Assembly: GCA_040954595.2 (NCBI GenBank)
Contig: CM082585.2
Location: 3,192,902 to 3,256,901 of the forward strand
Source: Balanoglossus misakiensis
Taxonomy: Eukaryota > Animalia > Hemichordata
Direction of reading: 5' to 3'
Length of the DNA stretch: 64,000 bases
Part shown: positions 51,373-64,000 of the stretch, piece by piece
Layout: each line of letters begins with the position of its first letter
Position numbering within the stretch: position 1 is the stretch's first letter
Position numbers and translations under genes: made by a program
The notes under the pieces: generated by a model
Database searches by the model: none
What the model was told of the DNA's origin: nothing
The model's input: the letters and a program-made list of their open reading frames with translations, nothing else

Positions 51373-54300
51373 TGTGTGCATGTTACGTACGAATACAAGC
51401 ATCGACAGCAATGTTTGAACGTTTTTGACTCGTCACCTTATAGATAAACAGTGTGCAAATTGTATCCGTAAGCACCAAGATATTTTGGTCATGATTTTTA
51501 TTTCTGTCTGTAAAAAAAATGTGGCGGCGCCATATTGGAATATGTGCAAGTAAAACACATTTCGTATCTTTTGTGTCAGCGATTGTCGTTCGTACACGTA
51601 AACTGGACATATTGGGGCCCTAAATCCTTGGGAAATTACGTGAGGCGCGGAAAGTTTATACAAACTTCGGTCACATTTCTCCATTCATATAACTCTATAT
51701 GCTCATGCCCGGCATTAGTATGTGCATCATGATTGCATTTGCATTCTATAAAGGAATTGTATACAAAATGCTGTTACGGGTACTAAAATTAAATATGCAA
51801 TGGTTTGGTATTTTTGTTAAAACTTTATTACTTCTTTTGCGTTTGTATTAATAGATTGTAGTGAAGATACCGCATTGAATTTCGAATATTTCTGCAATAG
51901 AAAATAACACGTGATGGAATTAGAGTATACACTTGTTTACACGAGACAACAATAGGCTATGTACCTTTCTTCTTTTATTGGCATAATTTTCCCCGTGAAC
52001 CTCAGTATAGTTTCGATTACTATACGAACTTTACAGAAAAATCCATGTCATCCAGAAAACCAACCAAAATTAGGGAATATAGAATTTGCAGTAGAAGATC
52101 ACTTCACCAAAGTGAGAGATAGCATCCTGCAGACAAACGCCGCCAGGCAAGGAAGAAGTAACTGGTTTGATCGGAACCCAGGAAAAACAATAAAACATAA
52201 TTATAACTGTGACAACATTTGTTGTGGACAGGACGAATGTAGGCAGCATGAAGATACACCATCTGAATTTGTCAGTGTCCTATACACCTGGCGGGCTATT
52301 GTATGGTAATTCACCATTTCAGTTTGAGAGATTCGGCAGATCTGACTATTGCGGGTTCTACATCTGCTGTATGTCTGCCAGAACGCCAATCAACACCAAT
52401 CAGTACCAATTTCAAGAAAACGACACTACTATACAATTCCTTTATAGACATTATTTAATCCATTCCTCTAAAACGCAATACAGTTTGATTATAATTATTC
52501 CACGAACTTTACAGAAAAATCCATGTCCTCAAGATAATTCACCAATTTTAGGGAAGATAGAAATCGCAGTAAAAGAACTCCTCACCAAAGCGAGGGATGG
52601 AATACAGACAAGCGCCGTCAGGGACGGAAGAAGTAACTTGTTTGAATGGAACCCATGAAAAGGGCCCCGAGAATACCTCGTCACATTCCGTTTCCTGAAA
52701 AGGGATGGGAAAGGGTTGATCGTTAATTATTTACAGATGGGAAAGTCTACAGTGAGACAGGTGGATGACATTCGGTGGCGTTTTTTTAAGGGCTGAATTG
52801 ATTGGTAGTCTATCTTCTATACACAACGGAAATTTCCCATATCTACTCAGACATGTTTCCCAGACTCTAGTATGTTGAAATATTCCACCGGCCTGTGCGT
52901 GCTATTTTTCAATTCTGGTTTTTGTTTTTTGTTTTTTTTTGGCCTGCGAAAACAACACAGAAAAAACTAGAAATATGGTTTCTATCCTGTCCAGATTTTC
53001 AAGCAACATGCATTTTGATATTGTATTATATATTTATATCAAAGACAAAGCGCGTTATAATAATGGTTCACAATACAAACCTTGCAATGATATGCGGTAA
53101 TTCCGTTGGCAACCAGTGTCTCATTGCATTTCCCACAACTGGTAATCAACTTGCTTCCGTCACCAGGGCCCTGTATTTAATAGAATGGGAAAGTTCCTGA
53201 TATTTATCAAAGTTTTGAAACTTTCTATGTAATCGTTTATTAAAAACTAGTAAGAGCATTACTTGATAATACTGACAGATTAGTTACTTTTAACAAAAAT
53301 ATTTGGTTGCGGTGTTGAGATATGAACCTTTGAGGGGATCTCATGATAGACTTCAATTCTACATAAACTAAATAATTTCAGACAGTCAATATAGGATTTA
53401 TAATACACGTCGGCAGACAGCTTTTTAGTCCCCAAACGGCGAAAGGATGGTAAGACTTTACTCACCAGGACGATATTATCGGAAAGGTGCTTGTCGGATA
53501 TTAGAACACTTGAAAAACTAGTATCGGTCGTAAAACCCGTAGCGTGTGTAATTGAACCTCGACTTCGTTCCTGCACAAGACCAGCCCTGACGTCACTGAC
53601 TTTGGTGAACAGCTCTGAAGGATACTCCTCTGTTAATTCACAGTCAAAGTAATTCAATCCGTCATCTGCGCTCACATCAACCTTGCATTTTAAACTGTTC
53701 TCCCCATCCTCTCCCTTCATCACAGCTCCACTCGCATGAAATCCATTCTCTGCATTAACCATGGATCCACCCACATGAAACGATATCAATACAACTATTG
53801 TTGCGGCGAAAAATCGTTGAAATGTCTGAGAAAGAAAAAAAACCAGATGAACCTGAAATTATAACTTTATGTCGTTTTTTTCTTATTAAACTTGTTGCCT
53901 TATTTGCACTATTCTGTTATTACAATGAACTAGTAAAATGCATATTGTTTAAATTAAACAGAGCAGACCACAAATTACGGTACTTCACTGTGTAATGGAA
54001 GACACCTTTTCACAATTTCCTACTCAGTCACGATTAGAAATGGTTGTCACTTTGGTCGAATTCGCTGTTTCCCTAGTGGCTTCTTGCCTACTGCAGTCTT
54101 TGTCAAAAAGTACCAATACGACAATGATCAGGAAATCAAACACGATGCCCTGTTCTGGCCAAGCTTGACTGGACACTTATTCCATGATTCTATAAGTGTT
54201 GTATGAACTTACCATTGTGTGCATGTTACGTACGAATACAAGCATCGACAGCAATGTTTGAACGTTTTTGACTCGTCACCTTATAGATAAACAGTGTGCA

Positions 54301-55510
54301 AATTGTATCCGTAAGCACCAAGATATTTTGGTCATGATTTTTATTTCTGTCTGTAAAAAAAATGTGGCGGCGCCATATTGGAATATGTGCAAGTAAAACA
54401 CATTTCGTATCTTTTGTGTCAGCGATTGTCGTTCGTACACGTAAACTGGACATATTGGGGCCCTAAATCCTTGGGAAATTACGTGAGGCGCGGAAAGTTT
54501 ATACAAACTTCGGTCACATTTCTCCATTCATATAACTCTATATGCTCATGCCCGGCATTAGTATGTGCATCATGATTGCATTTGCATTCTATAAAGGAAT
54601 TGTATACAAAATGCTGTTACGGGTACTAAAATTAAATATGCAATGGTTTGGTATTTTTGTTAAAACTTTATTACTTCTTTTGCGTTTGTATTAATAGATT
54701 GTAGTGAAGATACCGCATTGAATTTCGAATATTTCTGCAATAGAAAATAACACGTGATGGAATTAGAGTATACACTTGTTTACACGAGACAACAATAGGC
54801 TATGTACCTTTCTTCTTTTATTGGCATAATTTTCCCCGTGAACCTCAGTATAGTTTCGATTACTATACGAACTTTACAGAAAAATCCATGTCATCCAGAA
54901 AACCAACCAAAATTAGGGAATATAGAATTTGCAGTAGAAGATCACTTCACCAAAGTGAGAGATAGCATCCTGCAGACAAACGCCGCCAGGCAAGGAAGAA
55001 GTAACTGGTTTGATCGGAACCCAGGAAAAACAATAAAACATAATTATAACTGTGACAACATTTGTTGTGGACAGGACGAATGTAGGCAGCATGAAGATAC
55101 ACCATCTGAATTTGTCAGTGTCCTATACACCTGGCGGGCTATTGTATGGTAATTCACCATTTCAGTTTGAGAGATTCGGCAGATCTGACTATTGCGGGTT
55201 CTACATCTGCTGTATGTCTGCCAGAACGCCAATCAACACCAATCAGTACCAATTTCAAGAAAACGACACTACTATACAATTCCTTTATAGACATTATTTA
55301 ATCCATTCCTCTAAAACGCAATACAGTTTGATTATAATTATTCCACGAACTTTACAGAAAAATCCATGTCCTCAAGATAATTCACCAATTTTAGGGAAGA
55401 TAGAAATCGCAGTAAAAGAACTCCTCACCAAAGCGAGGGATGGAATACAGACAAGCGCCGTCAGGGACGGAAGAAGTAACTGGTTTGAATGGAACCCAGG
55501 AAAAGGGCCC
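49825..55510. repeat. Near-identical tandem duplication with a 2843-bp period
   Basis: Identical ORF translations offset by 2843 (50437/53280, 51383/54226, 51959/54802); a few differences in a T-run and in exon 4. Confidence 0.9.
52548..54215 (-). CDS. Array gene A13, 199 aa
   Basis: Exons 54215-54213, 53825-53466, 53170-53081, 52694-52548; open frame. Confidence 0.8.
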
Positions 55511-57455
55511 GGAGAATACATCGTCACATTCAGTTTCCTGAAAAGGGATGGGAAAGGGTTGATCGTTAATTATTTACAGATGGGAAAGTCTACAGTGAGA
55601 CAGGTGTATGACATTCGGTGGCGTTTTAATTTTTTTAAAGAGCTGAATTGATTGGTAGTATATCTTCTATACACAACGAAAATTTTCCATATCTACTCAG
55701 ACATGTTTCCCCAGACTCTAGAACTTAACCGTACGTATAAAACTGTGCGTGCTTTTTTCAATTCTGTTTGTTTTGGCCTCCGAAAACAACACTGAAAAGC
55801 TAGAATAATGATTTCTATCCTGTCCTGATTTTTAGGCAACATGCATTATGATGTTGTATTACATATTGACATCAAAGACAAAGCGCATTATAATGATGGT
55901 TCACAATACACACCTTGCAATGATAAGCGGTGATTCCGTTGGCATACAGTGTCCCATCGCATATCCCACAACTGGAAATCAACTTGCTTCCGTCACCAGG
56001 GCCCTGTATTTAATAGAATGGAAAATACGTTAGACAAGTAACTGATATTTATCAAAGTTTTAAAACTTTCTATGTAATCGTTTATTATATAATGCATCAA
56101 TTGGTAATGCTGACAGATTGATTACTTTTAACAGAAATATTTGGTGGTGGTGTTAAGATATGGGCATTAGAGAGGGGTTTCTGCTGGGTTCACATCTAGG
56201 CCCACAGCTAGGTAAAACTAATCCCGATGATTGTGACAAGATAAGCTAATCATTTGTCCTCGTTCACATTGTGTTTGGCACATTCCTGGCCGACGTCGTC
56301 TCGCCAACCTTTGACCTCATAAAGCAGAACCATGTTGGTCCTCTTATGGTTGTTTATAGATGTTCACCATTGTCAAACGATAGACTACACTGTTATGTCA
56401 ATTGTAAAAATGTGTCAACTGGAACCAGACAAAACGTGTCCACACACACCAGGCTGGGACCAGAGTCGGACCAGAGTCGACCACAAAGCACCCCATTCAA
56501 TTCAACTGGGACCAAAATTGTCCGGACAAGGGTCGGCCAGACCCGTTCACACCTGTTGCCTAGCCTTTTTTGAGTGAACGGCCTATTCATGATAAACTTT
56601 ATATCTACATAAACTAAATATTTTCAGACAATCAATATTAGATTTATAATACCCGTCGGCAGACAGGTTTTAGTCCCCAAGCGGAGACAGAAAGGATATA
56701 AGACTTAACTCACCAGGTCGATAGTATCGGAAGGGTGCTTGTCGGATATTAGAACACTTGAAAAACTAGTATCGGTCGTAAAACCCGTAGCGTAAATATT
56801 CGAACTTCGACTTCGTTCCTGGACAAGACCGGTCTTGACGTCGTTTACCTTGCCGAACAGCTCTGACGGATACTCCTCTGTTAATTCGCAGTCCACGTAA
56901 TTAAATCCGTCATCTGCGTTCACATGAACATCGCATTTTGAACTTTTCTCCCCATCCTCTCCCTTCATCACGGCTCCACTCGCATGAAATCCATTCTCTG
57001 CATCAACCATGGATCCACTCACATGAAACGATATCAACACAACTATTGTTGCGGCGGCAAATCGTGGAAATGTCTGAGATAGAACATAAAAGATTATGAA
57101 CTGAAATTATGAGTTTATATCATGTTTATCTTATTAAAATTGTTGCATCATTTCCACTATTCTGCTTTGACAATGTTCTGGTAAAATGTGTATGTTTAAA
57201 TTAAACAGAGACCACAAAGGTACTTTACTGGGTAATGGAAAAAAAACTTTTTTCACAATTCCTACTCAGTCACGATTAGAAATGGTTGTCCCTTTGGTCG
57301 TATTCACTGTATGCCTAGTGGCTTCCTGCCTTATGCCAATTGTGTCAAAAAGTACCAATACGACAATGATCAAAAAATCAAACACGATGCCATGTTCTGG
57401 CCAAGCTTGACTGAACACTTACCATGATTCTATAAGTGCTGTATGAACTTACCAT
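55391..57455 (-). CDS. Array gene A14, 199 aa (close to A7)
   Basis: Exons 57455-57453, 57073-56714, 56003-55914, 55537-55391; open frame. Confidence 0.8.
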
Positions 57456-58149
57456 TCTGTGCATATTACGTACGAAGGCAAGCATCGACAGCAAGGTTTG
57501 AACGTTTTCGACTTGTAGATAATCATCGTGCAAATGTGTATCCGTAAGCACCAATTTATTTTTGTCATGGTTTTTATTTCTGTCTGTAAAAAATTAAATG
57601 TGGCGGCGCCATATTGGAATATGTGCAAGTAGAACACATTTCGTATCTTTTGTGTCAGCGATTGTCGTTCGAACACGTAAACTAACAAAACTGGACAGAT
57701 TGGGGCCCTAGATCCATGGACAATTACGCGTGGAGCAGAAAATTTATACAAACTTCGCTCACATTTCTCCATTCCTGTAACTCTATATGCTCGTGCCCGG
57801 CATTAGTATGTACATCATGATTGCATTTGCATTCTATAAAGGAATTGTATACAAAATGCTGTTACGGGTACTAAAATTAAATATGCAATGGCTGGGTATT
57901 TTTGTTAAAACTTTATTACTACGTTTGCGTTTGTATTAATAGATTGAAATGAAGATCTGCAATAGATACACTTTCTCAGTTAAAGGGGCAAAGTCGCCCT
58001 CTATTCGCCAATTTTCTTTGTTTGGTAGGAAAATGGTCTGTGTCGAATGACTAATTTAAAATGGGACATTAGCTGTATGGTATGATATGCTGTATGCTGG
58101 GCATTTCTTCATACTTAAAGGATTTGAACAAAAAACTGCAGTAGATACA

Positions 58150-58308
58150 CAGTGAAACCTGTCATTACGGACACCTCTCTTATCAAGAAACCTCTCTATT
58201 CAGGACAACGTTTTCAAGACAAAAGTCACAGTTTGTATAAAATATTACCTGTCTATTAAGGACACATTTTCCAGTCCCAGAGGTGGCCTTAATAGGCAAG
58301 TTTCACTG
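58150..58308. mobile_element. Tc1/mariner-pogo-type MITE
   Basis: TIRs cagtgaaacctgtc / ggcaagtttcactg followed by TA. The empty site gtagatacacaaaac is seen at about 32749. Confidence 0.7.
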
Positions 58309-58788
58309 TACACAAAACAGTGACTGTACTGCGAACATGGGAACCGAAAGCACAGACGGCTGGATATGTAAATTTAGGGCCTTGCCCATGGACTCAGAAG
58401 TCGTCTGAACAATTACTTATAGTATGGAAAATGTTACGTTCTCTCTGGTTCACCATATAAAATGTTGTTTACGAATGTCTAGTTGGGATATTTTTCACTG
58501 GAGTGTTTGTCGCCCGCTTTTTACATTTAACACACACTCGTCTATTTTGAGCTATGCTCATTTTCTCTTAGCTGACTCATACGTGGTAAAAACGAAAAAA
58601 AACGTAAAAACCAGGTAAATGCATTATTCTCTCATGTTTTTGGCATATAAGCTGTAGTGATGTACAGGTAGCCACATGACAAATACATAAGAAATGCTGC
58701 AATTTCCGCCGTTTGAATCTCAGTATAGTTTGATTACTCCACGAACTGTACAGAAAAAAATCCCTGTCATCCAGAAAATTGACCACAA

Positions 58789-58902
58789 TTAGGGAATTCA
58801 GAAATTGCAGTTAAAGATCACTTTACCAAAGTGATAGATAGCATCCTGCAGACCTGGGAACCTAGAAAAGGGACACGAGAAAGCGTCGTGACATTCCGTG
58901 TC
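58789..58902 (-). pseudogene. Decayed orphan exon 4 marking the end of the array
   Basis: Acceptor cttttcag retained; internal deletion and stops relative to exon 4 of A8. Confidence 0.65.
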
Positions 58903-60324
58903 CTGAAAAGAGATGTGTATACTGTAGATAGGAAAAGCTTAGATCAGGTTTTAATTTGATGATCCAATGCCATATTGCCTGTTGTTTAGGACAGCACAGT
59001 GCCTTACGGCATTGACTGTGTACAGTTTTTATAACCAGAGTCTTTGGTTTGGCAAATGCGCACTATAATAGGAGAATATCACGAACAAATCATTGACATG
59101 TGCACATGTGCATGGCGGTCTCATCACACTGACACCCTGATATGTTCTCAAATGCATTAATTTGGGATTGGACCCAAATTCATTTTTATGAAACTGCTCA
59201 TTTTATCGCGAGGTGGCCCTTGTTTAATTCGAGTTCGAATGTAATCGACGTCGACTACTTGTAGCTATATATATAAAGAAAAAGAGCATGCAATATAGCG
59301 CGGTACTGCGTTCTTGCACATGTAAAGTGTCCGACAGAGGACATACATGTACAGTTGTTATCATCCACGCTCTCCACTCGCGGCACAAAAATTACTCCAC
59401 TGTGTGGTGACGGCCTGTTTAACAAGAACGCCATTTCCCGACATTTACTTCACCCACCTGACTGGACTGCCCAACTTCCCCACGACGGAAATAAGTACAT
59501 GAACCTATCCTGCCAGACCTGTAACAGACACGACAGCAGACTGCCATGTGTCTGATGCGGCATATCAGGCCTGTTCAGAAGAAACTTGCCGGTGTTCTGC
59601 CATCTGTATACTTATTGCTCATTTGCATATATGCATATGCATGTTTGGGCCATGATGGTTTAATCAAACTGATTTTTTCCGGTGAATTCACCTCCTCCGG
59701 CCTTCGTCATTACAATGTATGTGTTACAAACTTGAAACTCTTATTAGCGGTTTCAAACTGCAATAAAGACTCTTGTCAAAATGATTTGACTTTACTAGTA
59801 TTTCCCAGAAGAACGAACTGTTTAGCTGATGCATCCCTAGTTTATCACTTGCAGTCTGTGTGAAGGTAAGCTTGCAGAGTAAATTCATGAAATCCAGACG
59901 TGGCCTCCTGGGATGTTTTAGCCAAAATATCAATACCCACCATATCCAGATCTGTGTTTGGGAAAGCTGTCGATGTCATGTATATACCAAACCAGTCAAA
60001 AATGTTTACTTTGACACAGGAAATTTCCAAAGACGTTTATTGAAGAAACATAAAAGTACACATCGGTAAGTGAACTGTTTTACTCCAAAGGGTACATCAA
60101 AAACGAAATATTGACAGTAGGACGCAAACGCCATTCTTGTTTATAGCCAGTGAAAGTGTCTCTGATACAAAATGCAGTACTTTTTCTTGGTTATATTGTT
60201 GCAAGGAGTGAGTGTATGAGGTCCTTAAAATGATATTCTCAAAACCCAATTCATTTGAAGTTGACTCTTGCCACCCCCACCTACAGCACGCCCGATAACT
60301 GATATGATATTACTTGTGGAACAC

Positions 60325-62035
60325 CTATTTCACACCCAGTTCTACGTTACTTTCTAACTTCATTAATCCAACTCTGTTTTTCTTCTTATTTTTCCTGTAA
60401 TAGTAAACCAACACATATGTTGGCGAAGACAAGCGTTAGATATAAATAGGTACGTACATAAATAAATACATACATACATACATACATACACACATACATA
60501 CATACATACATACATACATACATACATACATACATACATACATACATACATACATACATACATACATTCATACATACATACATACATACATACATACATA
60601 CATACATACATACATACATACATACATACATACATACATACATACATACATACATACTTTATTATTATTATTTTATTATTTATTATTTATCTTTATTTCG
60701 AGGGCAAGCTCATAAAAAACACAACAAAGAAAAAAATAGTTAAAAGCACACAAAACAACAACAAAAAGAAAACACAGACACAGCCACAAATGAACAACAG
60801 CGCCACGAAAAAGAAAATCAACAAGTCTAAAAACAGTCAGCAAACGTCTTGCGCCAAAAGACGCTGCGCCGAACCACATCCAAGGACAAAGCCACACCAA
60901 CCAAGTTATTTTTACTTTCTTTCAATCTGAGATAAAATCTGGAACGAGCAGTCCGTTGCTTACAGTGGAAAGTCATAATGGAATTGCCAACAAAAGTCTC
61001 AGAAATACTCAATCGATGTTTGATACCCAGCATGATTCTGAATGCGTTATTATATGAAACTCGTACATCATTAATACATTTCTGAGTATATGAGCTCCAT
61101 AGATGAGAGCAGTACATCCCAGAACAATATGCATTAAAAAGACATATCTTGACAGATGTGGTACAATTGTAAAAGTTACGAAGCAAAGCGTTGGCCCTTG
61201 CATAGAAACTCCTCATTTGACGTTTTATATCATCAACGTCATTACCTACATTATTTAGCACAACTCCAAGGTACGAATGTTTCGTAACAAATGTTAGCAC
61301 TGAATTATTGAGATACACATGAGGAATGCGGGTAAGACGACAATGTTTAGGTAAAACAAAAAGACACTTTGACTTAACTTCATTGAAAACGATATCATGA
61401 GAAAGTGCATACTCACTACACGTTCTTAAAACCCTATTCAAACTTTTAACTGAAGGACAAATTAACACTACATCATCAGCGTACAGCAAATGGTTTAAAC
61501 ATCTCCCTGCAATATGGCAACCAATTTTTGTTTCACAAAGCAAGTTGCTCAGATCATCCATGTAAATATTAAATAAACGAGGGGATAGTATTCCACCTTG
61601 TTTAACACCATTTTAGACAGAAAAGCTATCAGAGATTACTGAGCCCCATCTGACTCGAAATGCTTGATTTCGGTACCAATAAATTAATATTCGAAGTATA
61701 TATAATGGAACATGTCTGTCAAGTAATTTACGAAACAGGGTCCAATGGTTAACTCTGTCAAACGCCTTTGTTGCATCTAAGAAGCACAGGAAAACCGGAC
61801 TACCGTGATTCTTATAAAAATCAATAATTTCTTTCAAAAGAAAAATACACATGTCAGTCGAATGGCCAGTTTTAAAGCCAAATCGGTGGTCACCCGTACC
61901 AAGATATTCTTCACATCTGTGAAGCAGCAAAATTTCATAAAGTTTCGAGAAAGCTGTAGCTATAGCAAAAGGGCGATCATTCCCAACAATAGTTACATCA
62001 TCGGATTTATCTTTAACAACGGGTACCAAGATTAT

Positions 62036-62066
<31 letters not shown>

Positions 62067-64000
62067 TACATACATACATACATACATACATACATACATA
62101 CATACATACATACATACATACATACATACATACATACATACATACATACATACATACATACATACATACATACATACATACATACATACATACATACATA
62201 CATACATACATACATACATACATACATACATACATACATACATACATACATACATACATACATACATACATACATACATACATACATACATACATACAAG
62301 CTCAACAAAAAATGTATACGTACATCTTGATGAATAGGATGGCCACTACTGTAATGACTAGCCCCATTGCAGCAAGACAACCCAGTACAGCACATATAAT
62401 TACCCAAGTTTTGGAACCTAAGTAAATAACAATCGCATTAGCATGTTAAAAACTGTTGTTTTATTCCTTACTGGAGAAAAGGATTTTACCCACTCCCACA
62501 AACAAAATAAAATGGTCAGTTATAAAAGAAGAATAATCAGTATACATTTCATTGATTTGATATACGTTTGACTTTTAGTCGACTCTTTCGCTTTAAACCC
62601 GTTACCCGGTGAGTGTCATTTGTTCATTTGTTTCAACTTCGATGTGTTTTTTCTGGCAATATAAATGAACACACACATTACCTTCCAGACAATGAGGGCT
62701 GCTTAAGGCATAACATTCGCCCTCCACGACACAAATATCAGTCTATATTTACAAAAGAAAATAGAACCGGTAGATATTAACTTATTGCAGCCAGTAGCCA
62801 TTCAACATCATCACGAGACAAATTTAACAGAAATAGATCCAAAATTGCCGCTAGGACACATTTATCAATACATTTTATCGTATTTTAGCACAAGATCATT
62901 GACGAGATAAAAAGATTCATTGACCCACCTTCCGAAAACAAAATCCAGTTGTTCCATTGCATACATCACAATTTGAATTATAGATGATAACGAGAATGTT
63001 CCCACTCTCCATGGTGCCGTCGTTACTAATGGAAACCAATGCACCAACTGGTTGTTGGGTGTTACCAAAATCATTGTACCCTTGACTTCTGTTATAAATA
63101 GGGCATTGAACTTCTTCGAATGTCCAATAAACAGGGGAAAAGTATTCTGTGACATCGCCAATAGTGAAGTTTAATTTTGATATCTACAGGAAAGGTCATA
63201 CAGTATAGGTCATAGCTGTTAATAATATTATATTCAGGACCGAATGTTCTTCTGTGATATACACCAGCTTTGGTGGATTCTTGTTGGTTTGAATAGACAT
63301 AGACTTTTATTTCCCTCGGAAGATACCATACATGCCAATTTTCCAGGTCTGAAACAATGGAAAATAATAGCACTATCATAGATTAAATAAAAATTATACC
63401 CTCACCTGCACTGGTGTCACGTGACATGTCAGGTCTGCGGATTTGACAAAGTCGTCACCATAAATTGACACGTAGGAACAATTCTCCTTGCTTGAATCAC
63501 ACAGGCCCCGTATTCCTGAACGATAAACCTGGGGAGGTTGACTCAAATCTGTCGAGCAGTCCGTACCGCCATACCCGTTGTAACAAGAACAGACACCACT
63601 GATGCACTCCCCTGTACCACTGCAGTCAGAGGGGCACAATTTTCCAAGTTTTGAAATGGGCGGTCCAAAAGTTTCGTTGGAAGCACCACTTGGCTCCCAG
63701 AATGATGTGTTCTTCGATAGTACCTCTTCGCACTGTTCTGCCAGTATTTCTTTCGAAGCCTTTGCCTGAGATAAGTCATCAAACACCTGTGAAAACAATT
63801 TTCAGTTGGTTGGTTAAATTAGTTGGGTATGTATGTATGTATGTATGTATGTATGTATGTATGTATGTATGTATTATGTATGTTTACAAGCATGTTTGTC
63901 TTGAAGTTCTTTTCTTACCTGGATATCAAATTTACAATCTTCGATAAATTCGTCCACCTCATCATCATCTATTGCTTTTGAACAGATTTCCCTTATTGTT
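60325..64000 (-). CDS. 3' exons of a von Willebrand factor D and EGF domain-containing (VWDE-like) single-pass membrane protein
   Basis: Phase-consistent GT-AG exons: 64000-63919 (..FIEDCKFDIQ), 63786-63406 (EGF-like CPSDCSGTGECISGVCSCYNGYGGTDC), 63183-62929 (EVQCP..SISNDG..YNSNCDVC), 62742-62682 (DICVVEGECY), 62417-62324 (TM WVIICAVLGCLAAMGLVITVVAILFI), 60394-60325 (KNKKKNR..VK*). The VWD domain itself would lie outside the window. Confidence 0.8.
60466..60657. repeat. (TACA)n microsatellite
   Basis: Direct reading of the sequence. Confidence 0.95.
60658..62035 (-). mobile_element. 5'-truncated non-LTR retrotransposon RT fragment in the last intron of the VWDE-like gene
   Basis: FLDATKAFDRVNH, GVKQGGILSP, LLYADD, YLG; A/T-rich tail at about 60658-60698; flanked on both sides by (TACA)n. 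Confidence 0.9.
62036..62297. repeat. (CAGA)n(TACA)n microsatellite
   Basis: Direct reading of the sequence. Confidence 0.95.

Noticed and set aside
26133-55651. Recurring plus-strand ORFs (MTTFVVDRTNVG.., ..NLAMISGDSVGIQ.., MEYVQV..)
   Set aside because: They are antisense to exons 3/4 or lie in duplicated spacer DNA. Their stops and frames vary between copies and they have no splice or motif support.
7565-57040. Treating the repeated minus-strand ORFs (for example 7565-8089, 15557-16135, 50437-50946) as single-exon genes
   Set aside because: Similarity between copies starts at a CAG acceptor and stops at a GT donor after DIDL. The ORF ends are translated intron sequence and differ at random.
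6339-58902. CRISPR array or prokaryotic diversity system such as a DGR or retron (RT next to repeats)
   Set aside because: The units are 2-4 kb spliced genes, there are no short repeat-spacer arrays or cas genes, and all RTs are ordinary APE-type LINE RTs inserted secondarily.
60363-62425. MYVC/YIHT repeat ORFs and the FIYL ORFs at 44129-44541
   Set aside because: They are translations of tetranucleotide microsatellites.
63092-63379. ORFs 63092-63379 and 62865-63161 as coding
   Set aside because: They are in the wrong frames. The third frame, bounded by splice sites at 63183-62929, gives the VWDE-like sequence.

Overview
AT-rich, intron-containing animal genomic DNA. The repeat types suggest a marine invertebrate, but the taxon cannot be fixed from this sequence. 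The six-frame ORF track shows only fragments of the main structure. From about 6.3 to 58.9 kb the minus strand carries a tandem array of 14 paralogous four-exon genes plus exon remnants. Each has an ATG-ending exon 1, a 321-375 nt exon 2, a 90 nt exon 3 and a roughly 147 nt exon 4, and all introns are phase 0. Spliced by hand they encode 186-204 aa proteins with a signal-peptide-like N-terminus and 8 conserved Cys, which I cannot assign to a known family. Eleven copies are open reading frames and three are damaged. A full-length, TSD-flanked non-LTR retrotransposon sits in one copy. Its ORF1 carries a 2A (StopGo) motif, and its ORF2 follows in frame behind a single TAG whose context is conserved in a diverged relative at 4.4-5.9 kb. 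Also present are L2, CR1-like and other LINE fragments, MITE- and Helentron-like insertions, a gag fragment and microsatellites. The last 3.7 kb hold the six 3' exons of a VWDE-like single-pass membrane protein gene.
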